From NCBI GenBank assembly GCA_045613785.1, contig JAZLBQ010000012.1:1-64000 (forward strand): DNA of 64,000 nt, given 5' to 3'. This stretch comes from Candidatus Enterousia sp. Lineage in GTDB: Bacteria; Pseudomonadota; Alphaproteobacteria; Rs-D84. Shown here piece after piece: positions 38,668 to 47,248 of the stretch. The notes under the pieces were generated by a model, which ran no database searches, had not been told where the DNA came from, and saw only the letters and a program-made list of their open reading frames with translations. Position 1 is the first letter of the stretch; each line of letters opens with the position of its first letter. The translations under genes were made by a program, and so were the position numbers.

Positions 38668-40143
38668 ATGTCAGAAAATACAACGAATACAGCGATTTCA
38701 ACAAATGAACTAACGGCACGTCTGCAAAAGGCTGAAAATATCCGTGCACGTGACGGTGTTGTATGGAAAGACAAGTTTGACCGCACGCACACAATTGCGT
38801 CAGCTCGTGAATTGTCGGACGGCATGCCTGTAAAGTTGGCTGGTCGTGTAACTGCCTTGCGTTGGCTGGGCAAACTGATGTTTGGTCGCATTTATGATAT
38901 TGATGGTGAAATTCAGTTTTCTATGTCCCGTGAAGAACTGGGTGAAGAAGTTTACAAGTTTATGAAGGCAAACGTTGACTTGGGTGATTTTATTGGCATC
39001 ACAGGTGAATTGTATCACACAACTGCTGGTGAATTGACAGTCAAGGTATCTGCGTATGATATTTTGTCCAAGGCCTTGCGTCCTTTGCCTGAAAAGTTCC
39101 ATGGCTTGACAGATATGGAAACACGTTATCGTCAGCGTTATCTGGACATTATTGCAAATCCAGAAACACGTCGTGTAATGAAGATGCGTTTTCAAATGTT
39201 GCGTTTAATCCGTGAATATTTGAACAATAATGGCTTTACAGAGGTGGAAACACCAATTATGCAGGTTGTGGCCAGTGGTGCGGCGGCTCGTCCGTTTATC
39301 ACACACCATAACGCATTAGACGCTGATTTTTATTTGCGTATTGCTCCAGAATTATTCTTGAAACAGACAATTGCGGCTGGTTTTGACCGTGTTTATGAAT
39401 TGGGCAAGAACTTCCGCAACGAAGGTATGGACGCAATGCACCTGCAAGAATTTACAATGTTGGAATGGTATGCAGCATATTGGGATTATCATCGCAACAT
39501 TGATTTTTCGTGGGCTATGATTCAGAAAATCCTGATGAAATTGCGTGGCACATTGCAGATTGAATATCAGGGAACTCAGTTAGATTTCTCGAAATACGAA
39601 GAAATCGACTATACTGCCCGTATGAATGATTTGCTGGGGGTTGATATTCTGGAATTCAAGGACACAGATGCATTGAAATCGCAATTGGTTGCCCAGGGTA
39701 TGTTCCCAGCAGATGAACTAGAACCATTAAAGTCAGTTCCTGCAATTGTTGACTATGTTTTCAAACGCAAGATTCGTGATCAAATTGTTCAACCTGCGAT
39801 TGTTCACAATTATCCAGCGTATTTGATACCTTTGGCACGTCGTAACAATGATGACAGCCGACGTATCGACATATTCCAGTTGATTGTATGCGGTGCGGAA
39901 CTGATAAAGGCGTATTCTGAATTAGTTGATCCAATTGTTCAACGTGCTGCGTTCGAAGAACAGGCCGCCAACAAGGCCGCTGGTGATGACGAAGCCTTTG
40001 ATTTGGACGAAGACTTCCTGCGTGCAATGGAACATGGTATGCCACCAATTTCTGGTTTAGGTTTGGGAATCGACAGATTCTTTTCAATTATCGCAGACCA
40101 ACCAACATTGCGTGACGTGATACTATTTCCGATAATGAAGTGA
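38668..40143 (+). CDS. lysS: Lysine--tRNA ligase, class II
   Basis: RYRQRYLD, YLRIAPELFLK, FRNEG, GMPPISGLGLGIDR. Confidence 0.97.
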   Translation: MSENTTNTAISTNELTARLQKAENIRARDGVVWKDKFDRTHTIASARELSDGMPVKLAGRVTALRWLGKLMFGRIYDIDGEIQFSMSREELGEEVYKFMKANVDLGDFIGITGELYHTTAGELTVKVSAYDILSKALRPLPEKFHGLTDMETRYRQRYLDIIANPETRRVMKMRFQMLRLIREYLNNNGFTEVETPIMQVVASGAAARPFITHHNALDADFYLRIAPELFLKQTIAAGFDRVYELGKNFRNEGMDAMHLQEFTMLEWYAAYWDYHRNIDFSWAMIQKILMKLRGTLQIEYQGTQLDFSKYEEIDYTARMNDLLGVDILEFKDTDALKSQLVAQGMFPADELEPLKSVPAIVDYVFKRKIRDQIVQPAIVHNYPAYLIPLARRNNDDSRRIDIFQLIVCGAELIKAYSELVDPIVQRAAFEEQAANKAAGDDEAFDLDEDFLRAMEHGMPPISGLGLGIDRFFSIIADQPTLRDVILFPIMK

Positions 40144-40161
40144 TGAACCAAGGGGGACAAA

Positions 40162-41562
40162 ATGTCGCAAATAGGCATTGATACTCTGGCCCAAGATATG
40201 GCCGCTGATAACGACAGACGGAATCTGGCGGCGATTGATCGTGCCTTGGCCGAAGGTCGTATAAACGAAGAAGCGGCTGCTCATCTGAAAGTTCTTTATT
40301 CGGATAGTATGCATTGGTTTCAAGAAGTGTTTTATGTCCTGGGAAAATGTTTTGGTGCTCCCAAGACGGCGGTTATGCGTTATGACTATGAAACAGATCA
40401 GGCCATCGAAGAGCCTATATCAATATCTGATATAAATCCATTGTCGCCGTATATTGTTCATCATCGCCTGGACAATGATCCGATGCGTAATCAGTTTTTT
40501 GCTAGTTCTGCCGGCCACAAAATTGATTTGGCGGTATCTTCGATTGTTACGGTTATTGTTGGGGCACAAAAGAACATCAATCGTGCTTTGACCAAGGTAA
40601 CAGGTAAATACTATGTGTCCTATGTGAACGAGGTTGCCGATACTGTCTATCGTGTGATTGCATCGCACGAACGTGAAGCATCTGCCCGTGCTATTGCAAT
40701 CAAAATTCGTGAACGTCTTAGCCAGCGTTATATTTCTACGCCGTCTGAAACAGTGCTGTCTATCATTGGGTCTGGACATGAAAAGATTGCGGTTGACCTG
40801 GTTCGTGCCTTGGACAAGGTTGAACGTCCACGCATGCGTTTGCAGGATGTTTGGCGTGTAAAGTGCTTGTTTGATTTGATTCCTCAGGCTCGAACATTTA
40901 TCGAACGGCTGCAAGCAATGATGCCCGAACGCATTTTGTCTGTGCGTGACAGTTTTTATAACATGAAAAATCCACGCAATTATCGTGATGCCAAGATAAT
41001 ATTAAATATTGGTCCAAGTCCAGAAACGATAATTCCAATGGAGATTATATGTCAGGTTCGCACATTTTTTGGCTTTGAAAGTAAAACACATGATGTTTAC
41101 GAAGTCGCACGTAAAAAGAAATGCACCCGTTCTGATAATATGGAGGCCAAACTGGCTCTATTCTACGAGCAAGGCGTCAAAGAATACAATCGTATGATAT
41201 GCGATTGCTTGTCTGACTTGTTCGACAGGGTGGGGTGGAATTTGTTATATTCTCAGGGTGATTCCGTTGCTATGTTCGAAGGCTTTCCACGTGAATGTAA
41301 ACTATATTATCCACAAAAGATTTTGGATAATATAAATGAAAAACTGGACGATGCGATTGAGAACGAGGTTTTTCGCATTACAAATGCACCTGTAAAACTG
41401 TCCAGGGTTCAAGAAGCCCAAATCTTCCACTTTATGGCACGTTTTGTTTTGGTTTCTGCGATGCCGTATATGCAGCGTGATTGGGCGATGCCTACTACAA
41501 CGCAGGCGGGCAAATTATTTAACTTTGTTATGACGGAAATTCAGCGTTATTACAAAAAGTAA
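40162..41562 (+). CDS. Hypothetical protein with divergent RelA/SpoT-like nucleotidyltransferase motifs
   Basis: K...RA..K...KY, LQDVWR, NYRDAK, MEIICQVRT, KTHDVYE..R in the expected order. Confidence 0.6.
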   Translation: MSQIGIDTLAQDMAADNDRRNLAAIDRALAEGRINEEAAAHLKVLYSDSMHWFQEVFYVLGKCFGAPKTAVMRYDYETDQAIEEPISISDINPLSPYIVHHRLDNDPMRNQFFASSAGHKIDLAVSSIVTVIVGAQKNINRALTKVTGKYYVSYVNEVADTVYRVIASHEREASARAIAIKIRERLSQRYISTPSETVLSIIGSGHEKIAVDLVRALDKVERPRMRLQDVWRVKCLFDLIPQARTFIERLQAMMPERILSVRDSFYNMKNPRNYRDAKIILNIGPSPETIIPMEIICQVRTFFGFESKTHDVYEVARKKKCTRSDNMEAKLALFYEQGVKEYNRMICDCLSDLFDRVGWNLLYSQGDSVAMFEGFPRECKLYYPQKILDNINEKLDDAIENEVFRITNAPVKLSRVQEAQIFHFMARFVLVSAMPYMQRDWAMPTTTQAGKLFNFVMTEIQRYYKK

Positions 41563-41695
41563 TCTGTATTTTAAGTCCCCCAGATTCTTGGGGGATTTTT
41601 ATTCCCCTTGCTTTCAAGCATAAAAAATGTCAAAATAATAGCAGGTTCTGAATGTGCTTCGCAGAACCATAACAGCATAAGGAAAGGATAGGATT

Positions 41696-42037
41696 ATGCG
41701 TCAAGGAAAAGTAAGATGGTATAACGGAAAAAAGTGTTTTGGTTTTATTATGCCTGACACACCAAACGCAGACGGCAACACAGACGATGTATTTGTTCAT
41801 TCCAGTTCATTAAAGGCTGCCGGCATCAGATTTTTGAACGAAAACGACATTGTCGAATTTGAAGAAGAAGTTCGTAATGGTAAATTATCTGCAACAACCA
41901 TTGCCGTTGTTCAACGTGATGAAGAATCTGCCCGTCGTTTCCAAGAGCGTCGTGCCGAACGTCGTCGTGCTGTTGAAGAACGCAAACAGCGTGAAGATAA
42001 ATCCAGCCGTCGTGGTTTTGCATTTTGGAAAAAATAA
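41696..42037 (+). CDS. Cold-shock domain protein with charged C-terminal extension
   Basis: GKVRWYN..K.FGFI, DVFVH. Confidence 0.93.
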   Translation: MRQGKVRWYNGKKCFGFIMPDTPNADGNTDDVFVHSSSLKAAGIRFLNENDIVEFEEEVRNGKLSATTIAVVQRDEESARRFQERRAERRRAVEERKQREDKSSRRGFAFWKK

Positions 42038-42142
42038 TTTTCACATTTCAAAAAAGCACCCCGATTGGGGTGTTTTTTTATTTGAAATGATTGCAAACAA
42101 TAAAAACAAAATATAAAATAATAAAAAAAGGAGTTTGAAATT

Positions 42143-42682
42143 ATGTGGACATCAATTGCAGTTATTGCCATTATTGTTTTGTATTTTATTGCTGTTTACA
42201 ATGGGTTGGTTGCCCGTCGTAATCAGGCACGTGAAGCCTGGGCAACGATTGATACTCAGTTAAAACGTCGCTATGACCTGATTCCAAATTTGGTTGAAAC
42301 TGTTCGTGGTGCGGCCAAGCATGAATCAGAAACGTTGTCAGCGGTAACGACTGCCCGTAATGCGGCGATGGCGGCAAACGGTCCAACATCTGGCGATGCT
42401 CAGAATAAATTGACTCAAACATTAAAGAGCCTATTTGCAGTTGCAGAAAGTTATCCTGATTTAAAGGCGAATGAAAACTTCTTGGAATTACAGCGTGAAT
42501 TGACGGACACAGAAACCAAGATTCAGGCGGCACGTCAGTTTTATAACACGGTTGTGATGGCGTTGAATACTCAGATTGAACAGTTTCCGTCAAATATAGT
42601 TGCACGTATGTTCGGTATTTTGCCTGAAAAAATGTTTGAAATTGAAGAATCAGAAAAGATTGCACCAAAGGTAAAGTTCTAA
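42143..42682 (+). CDS. lemA: LemA family protein
   Basis: YNGLV, RRYDLIPNLVETV, E.YPDLKA.ENF, FPSN. Confidence 0.95.
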   Translation: MWTSIAVIAIIVLYFIAVYNGLVARRNQAREAWATIDTQLKRRYDLIPNLVETVRGAAKHESETLSAVTTARNAAMAANGPTSGDAQNKLTQTLKSLFAVAESYPDLKANENFLELQRELTDTETKIQAARQFYNTVVMALNTQIEQFPSNIVARMFGILPEKMFEIEESEKIAPKVKF

Positions 42683-42683
42683 T

Positions 42684-43541
42684 ATGTCCCAAGATTTCAC
42701 ATTACACACCCACACAAACCTATTTGACGGTAAAAATAGTGTTAGTGAAATGATTGCTGCCGCTAAAAAGTCTGGTATGCAGGCAATCGGGATTTCTGAC
42801 CACTTTATTGTGCATTCTGATATTCCGACAACCAAGGCATATGCTGCAGCGACACGTGGTGGGTATGCAAAAATGTATATGGATAACTTTGATGATGTTC
42901 TCCTGGCGTTTCAGCGGCATTATGATGAAATTCGTCAAATTGCGGAAAGCGAAACAATCCAAGTCTTGTGCGGAATGGAAGTGGACTTTTTTGACAGTCC
43001 TGATTGGCGACGTGGCTTTGAGCGTGCATTAAAGGTCTTAAAACCAGACTATATTATTGGCTCTGGGCATTTTATTGAATACGGTGGCACTGTATGCAAC
43101 GTTCACGATATTGCAAATGCAGAACCTGATGAATCCGACAGAATGTTGGCAGAATATTGGGCTAAAATTCAAAGAATTGCCCAGTCTGGAATGTTTAATT
43201 GGCTTGCCCACCTTGATTTGCCCAAAAAATGCAATCTGGGTCAGGATAAAAAGTGGCAGACAGTCGAAGCCCAGACAATCCAGGCAATTTCGGATTCTGG
43301 TGCAAGTATTGAAATAAATACCAAAGGTCTTTCACTGCCGTATAACGAGCCTTATCCATCATCACGTATTCTAAGGATGGCGGCAGATGCCAATATACCT
43401 GTTCTTATCAGTGATGATGCACACTCGGTTGATCAGGTGCACAGGGGATTTGACGTTGCGGAAAGCTTTGCACGTGAAAACGGTGTAAAAAACCGACAGT
43501 CATTACAGAAAATACTTGATTTTTCAAATAAAAGCCTATAA
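42684..43541 (+). CDS. PHP-domain phosphoesterase (histidinol-phosphatase HisJ family-like)
   Basis: HTHT, SDH, G.E.D, AHLD, EINT, DAH. Confidence 0.88.
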   Translation: MSQDFTLHTHTNLFDGKNSVSEMIAAAKKSGMQAIGISDHFIVHSDIPTTKAYAAATRGGYAKMYMDNFDDVLLAFQRHYDEIRQIAESETIQVLCGMEVDFFDSPDWRRGFERALKVLKPDYIIGSGHFIEYGGTVCNVHDIANAEPDESDRMLAEYWAKIQRIAQSGMFNWLAHLDLPKKCNLGQDKKWQTVEAQTIQAISDSGASIEINTKGLSLPYNEPYPSSRILRMAADANIPVLISDDAHSVDQVHRGFDVAESFARENGVKNRQSLQKILDFSNKSL

Positions 43542-43669
43542 AATACCGCCTGCTGGGTAATCAGAACTGATTAAGCGGCGGTGCTTTTTTGGTCCCGTCT
43601 GCGATAAGGATTCTGTTCTTGGTTATGAACACCCGGCACCGTAAAACCAAAAACAAAGGAAAATAAACT

Positions 43670-44302
43670 ATGGCAAGAGCAGGTGCAAAGCGTAGCACAC
43701 GCAAATTGAAAATCGGACGTAGCCTGGGCGTAAACTTGTGGGGTCAGGCGAAATCTCCATTTAACAAACGTAAATATAAACCTGGTCAGCACGGTCCAAC
43801 ATCACGTGGTGGCAACTCATCTGATTATGCAAAACAGATGCGTGCAAAACAGACCTTAAAGGGTTATTATGGTAATATCGGCGAAAAGAAATTCCGCAAA
43901 TATTACATCGAAGCAAACAATATGAAGGGCGACACACCAGAAAACTTGATTGGTTTGTTGGAACGTCGTTTGGACGCAGTTGTATATCGTGCAAAATTGG
44001 CACCAACTGTATTCTCTTCACGTCAGTTGATTAGCCACGGTCATATCAACGTAAATGGCAAACGTGTAAAGATTGCATCATACCAGGTAAAACCAGGTGA
44101 TGTTATCACAGTCAGCGAAAAAGCAAAACAGATGCCATTGGTTGTTTTGGCATTGGAATCTGGCGAACGCAATTTTGCAGACTATGTTTCTGTTGACAGT
44201 GCAAACTTCACAGCAACATTTGTTCGTGTTCCAGCATTCGAAGACGTTCCATATCCTGTTCAGATGTTCCCAGAATTGGTCGTCGAATTCTATTCTCGCT
44301 AA
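43670..44302 (+). CDS. rpsD: 30S ribosomal protein S4
   Basis: [23 protein letters not shown]. Confidence 0.98.
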   Translation: MARAGAKRSTRKLKIGRSLGVNLWGQAKSPFNKRKYKPGQHGPTSRGGNSSDYAKQMRAKQTLKGYYGNIGEKKFRKYYIEANNMKGDTPENLIGLLERRLDAVVYRAKLAPTVFSSRQLISHGHINVNGKRVKIASYQVKPGDVITVSEKAKQMPLVVLALESGERNFADYVSVDSANFTATFVRVPAFEDVPYPVQMFPELVVEFYSR

Positions 44303-44318
44303 TAGAAATATTGGAAAT

Positions 44319-44348
44319 AAAAAATCCCGGTTTGCCGGGATTTTTTTT
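44319..44348. terminator. Bidirectional terminator
   Basis: AAAATCCCGG-TTTG-CCGGGATTTT. Confidence 0.85.
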
Positions 44349-44358
44349 AATGGTTTTT

Positions 44359-45270
44359 TTAATCTTTTGCACGGGGGTGGGCATTGGCATATATGTTTGA
44401 AATTTCTGCCATATTGACTTTGGTGTATAACTGGGTTGTTGACAGTGATGTATGCCCCAGTAATTCTTGCAGACTACGTAAATCTGCACCACCCGACAAC
44501 AGTGCAGTTGCAAACGTGTGCCTCAGTGCGTGTGGTGTTACAAAATCTGGTAGTTGCAGGTAATGACGCAGGCTTTCAACGACTTTTTCTGCCATGCGTG
44601 CTGACATAGGTAACCCACGCACACTGCAAAACACAGGGTCGTCTATTTTATTAGAATAAGGACGAACACTTATGTATTTATCAATCGCATTCCAAACCGC
44701 TGGCAATACCGGAACCAGTCTTTCCTTGTTTCCTTTGCCGACAATACGCAACACGTCAGGTCGATTGCCTATGTCGCTGTTTTTTAGTCCCAGTGCTTCA
44801 GATATTCGCAGACCGCACCCAAACAACAGCACAACCAACGCCCAATCACGTGCTGCCAGCCATGGATTATTTGCATCAATCACCAGTATTGCGTCATGCA
44901 TATTTTCAACATCTATTGGGCTGATTGCCTTAGACAGTTTGCGTGGAACTTTTGGCGAAACAATCAAACCAATCGCATCATTTTTTATACCAAATTGTTT
45001 TTCAATAAATCTGTAAAAAGCACGTAATGATGACAATGCACGTGCGGTTGATTTATGAGATAGCCCACGTCTTTGTCTATCTGCCAGAAAAGCCCTGAAA
45101 CAAATTGTGTCTGCATGACCGATATTAGATAAATTTGGCGTTTCGCTAGCCCATTTTTGATAAAAGTCTAAGAAGTCTTGTGTGTCAGCCTGGTATGCCG
45201 TCGCCGTATGTTCAGAATAGTTCTTTACGGTTTTAATAAAGTCAATAAAATCAGCGACGGTCTGTTCCAT
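44359..45270 (-). CDS. xerC: Tyrosine recombinase XerC
   Basis: GLRISE, GKGNKER, TPHALRHTFAT, LLGH.SLSTTQLYT, AHPRA. Confidence 0.9.
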   Translation of the reverse strand: MEQTVADFIDFIKTVKNYSEHTATAYQADTQDFLDFYQKWASETPNLSNIGHADTICFRAFLADRQRRGLSHKSTARALSSLRAFYRFIEKQFGIKNDAIGLIVSPKVPRKLSKAISPIDVENMHDAILVIDANNPWLAARDWALVVLLFGCGLRISEALGLKNSDIGNRPDVLRIVGKGNKERLVPVLPAVWNAIDKYISVRPYSNKIDDPVFCSVRGLPMSARMAEKVVESLRHYLQLPDFVTPHALRHTFATALLSGGADLRSLQELLGHTSLSTTQLYTKVNMAEISNIYANAHPRAKD

Positions 45271-45279
45271 ACATTACCT

Positions 45280-46008
45280 TTATTTAATTTCAAATACTGC
45301 ACTAACAGAAACGGAAACGTCTGTGTCCTTAGAAACTATTGTCCCAGCCATATCCATCGTAGATGCTGCCGCCACCATTTTTGTTCGCATCAGGTTTGCA
45401 GGTGCAACTGAATCTGAAACATTTGTTCCGTATGCTACAGACAGCATTTTTCCGGCTTTTTTGTTGTCGCCTGCCGCCAGTGCATTTGCACGCACACGTG
45501 CATTTTCGACTGCGACCCCCAGGCACTTTTCCGTAATCGGTTGTAATACCGCAGGGCTTGAATACATTCGTAGATTTTCAGAATAAACATTGGGCACGCC
45601 AGAAAATACACTTAAAACATCTTCGATTGTTGCTATCGAAACTGCTGAAACTTCTATTGCGATTGTCGTTTCAATGCCCTGCGAAATAGACTTTTGTTCG
45701 TCCCGATTCCATTCAGTTTTTTCATATGAATTGAACTGAGTCGTCTGCATTTCAACTGGCATTTTTTTCAAGTATTCTGTAATTTCTGCAACTTGTTTGG
45801 TTGCCTGTTGCACAGAACTAATCGCTGTTGGTGCCAACGTAGTTATTCGCAATGTGATTGCTGTTTTGTCTTTTGGGGCTGTGGTCAGACATTCTCCGCT
45901 AACGGAAATTGTTTTTGGTTCTGAACGTCTTTCCAGCATTCCGAACACCAACGACATAACGGCAGCCGCTCCGATAACAGTTCCAATCCAAATCAGTGTT
46001 TTTTTCAT
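45280..46008 (-). CDS. SIMPL/DUF541 domain protein
   Basis: N-terminal TM; TISVSG, AVENARVRANALA, V.VSAVF. Confidence 0.8.
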   Translation of the reverse strand: MKKTLIWIGTVIGAAAVMSLVFGMLERRSEPKTISVSGECLTTAPKDKTAITLRITTLAPTAISSVQQATKQVAEITEYLKKMPVEMQTTQFNSYEKTEWNRDEQKSISQGIETTIAIEVSAVSIATIEDVLSVFSGVPNVYSENLRMYSSPAVLQPITEKCLGVAVENARVRANALAAGDNKKAGKMLSVAYGTNVSDSVAPANLMRTKMVAAASTMDMAGTIVSKDTDVSVSVSAVFEIK

Positions 46009-46027
46009 ATTCTCTCTCCTGTTAAAT

Positions 46028-47029
46028 TTATAATCCCAACATTGCTTTTTTTACATGTTTAATTGTTTCAGATGCAACAATTTTTGCACGGTCTGCACCA
46101 TCTGCCAGAATTTTATCGATTTCGGCTGTGTTCGCCATCAAGCGTTCATATTCTGCCCGTGGTTTTTCCAAGACAGAGTTGATTTTTTCAAACAATATTG
46201 TTTTTGCTGTGCCATATCCCATGCCACCCTGACGGAACATTTCTGCAAATTCTGCAATTTCCGCATCTGTTGCAAAATGTTTATATAACTGAAAGATAGT
46301 TGATTCATCAGGATTCTTTGCTTCTTCGGGCAGTTTAGAATCTGTGATAATACGCATAATCTTCTTTTTCAGTTCTTTTTCTGGTGCGAACAATGGGATG
46401 GTGTTGTCGTATGATTTGCTCATTTTGCGACCGTCCAGACCAGGCACTAATCCTGTATCTTGTCCGATAACAGGTTCTGGCAATTTAAATGTTTTGCCAT
46501 AAGTATGATTAAAATATCCTGCGATATCACGAGCAAATTCAACATGTTGTTTTTGGTCGGCGCCAACCGGCACGATATCAGAGTTATACAACAATATATC
46601 CGCACTCATCAGCACAGGGTATGTATAAAGCCCCATATTCACACCTGCGTCAATATCGTTGCCTGCGGCATTATTTTTGTCCGTTGCGGCCTTGTATGAA
46701 TGAGCACGGTTCATCAATCCTTTTGGGGTGACGTTCATCAGGAAAGTATTTAACTGATAAATTTCATCAATATCCGACTGGCGGAACAAGACTGCATTGT
46801 TCAAGTCCAACCCCAACGCAATCAAAAGAGCAGCGATTTCATAAGTGTGCTGTTTAATCTGTGCAGCGTCAGTGATAGTATTCAGTGCGTGCAGATCAGC
46901 GATAAACATAAAAGTTTTGCTGGTCTTTGATTGTTCTATCAATGGTTTTAATGCCCCAACATAGTTGCCCAAGTGCGGCATACCTGTTGGTTTAATTCCT
47001 GTTAAAACTACTTTGTCCGTATTTGACAT
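46028..47029 (-). CDS. trpS: Tryptophan--tRNA ligase
   Basis: TGIKPTG.PHLGNY, YPVLMSADIL, VPVGADQKQH, KMSKS. Confidence 0.98.
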   Translation of the reverse strand: MSNTDKVVLTGIKPTGMPHLGNYVGALKPLIEQSKTSKTFMFIADLHALNTITDAAQIKQHTYEIAALLIALGLDLNNAVLFRQSDIDEIYQLNTFLMNVTPKGLMNRAHSYKAATDKNNAAGNDIDAGVNMGLYTYPVLMSADILLYNSDIVPVGADQKQHVEFARDIAGYFNHTYGKTFKLPEPVIGQDTGLVPGLDGRKMSKSYDNTIPLFAPEKELKKKIMRIITDSKLPEEAKNPDESTIFQLYKHFATDAEIAEFAEMFRQGGMGYGTAKTILFEKINSVLEKPRAEYERLMANTAEIDKILADGADRAKIVASETIKHVKKAMLGL

Positions 47030-47219
47030 AATAAATATCCTTTCATTGTTTGTATTTTAATGATTTTGTTTTGTAAAATAAAGCCCAAATTTATCAGACA
47101 CCTTGGACTAGGGTGCAAAAAACATATTAGGCGTCAACACGCCAACAAACAAATTCTGCAAAGTTAAAAATGCACTTTCTCATAAGCATAATTATAAATC
47201 CAAAGCATAAAAAATTCAA

Positions 47220-47248
47220 TAAAAAACGCCCAGACGGGCGTTTTTTTA
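47220..47248 (-). terminator. alaS terminator
   Basis: AAAAAACGCCC-AGAC-GGGCGTTTTTT. Confidence 0.85.

Noticed and set aside
44359-45270. Tyrosine recombinase as the integrase of the tRNA-Asn island
   Set aside because: It has XerC-type length and C-terminal AHPRA, host-like composition, a housekeeping context, and lies 40 kb away.
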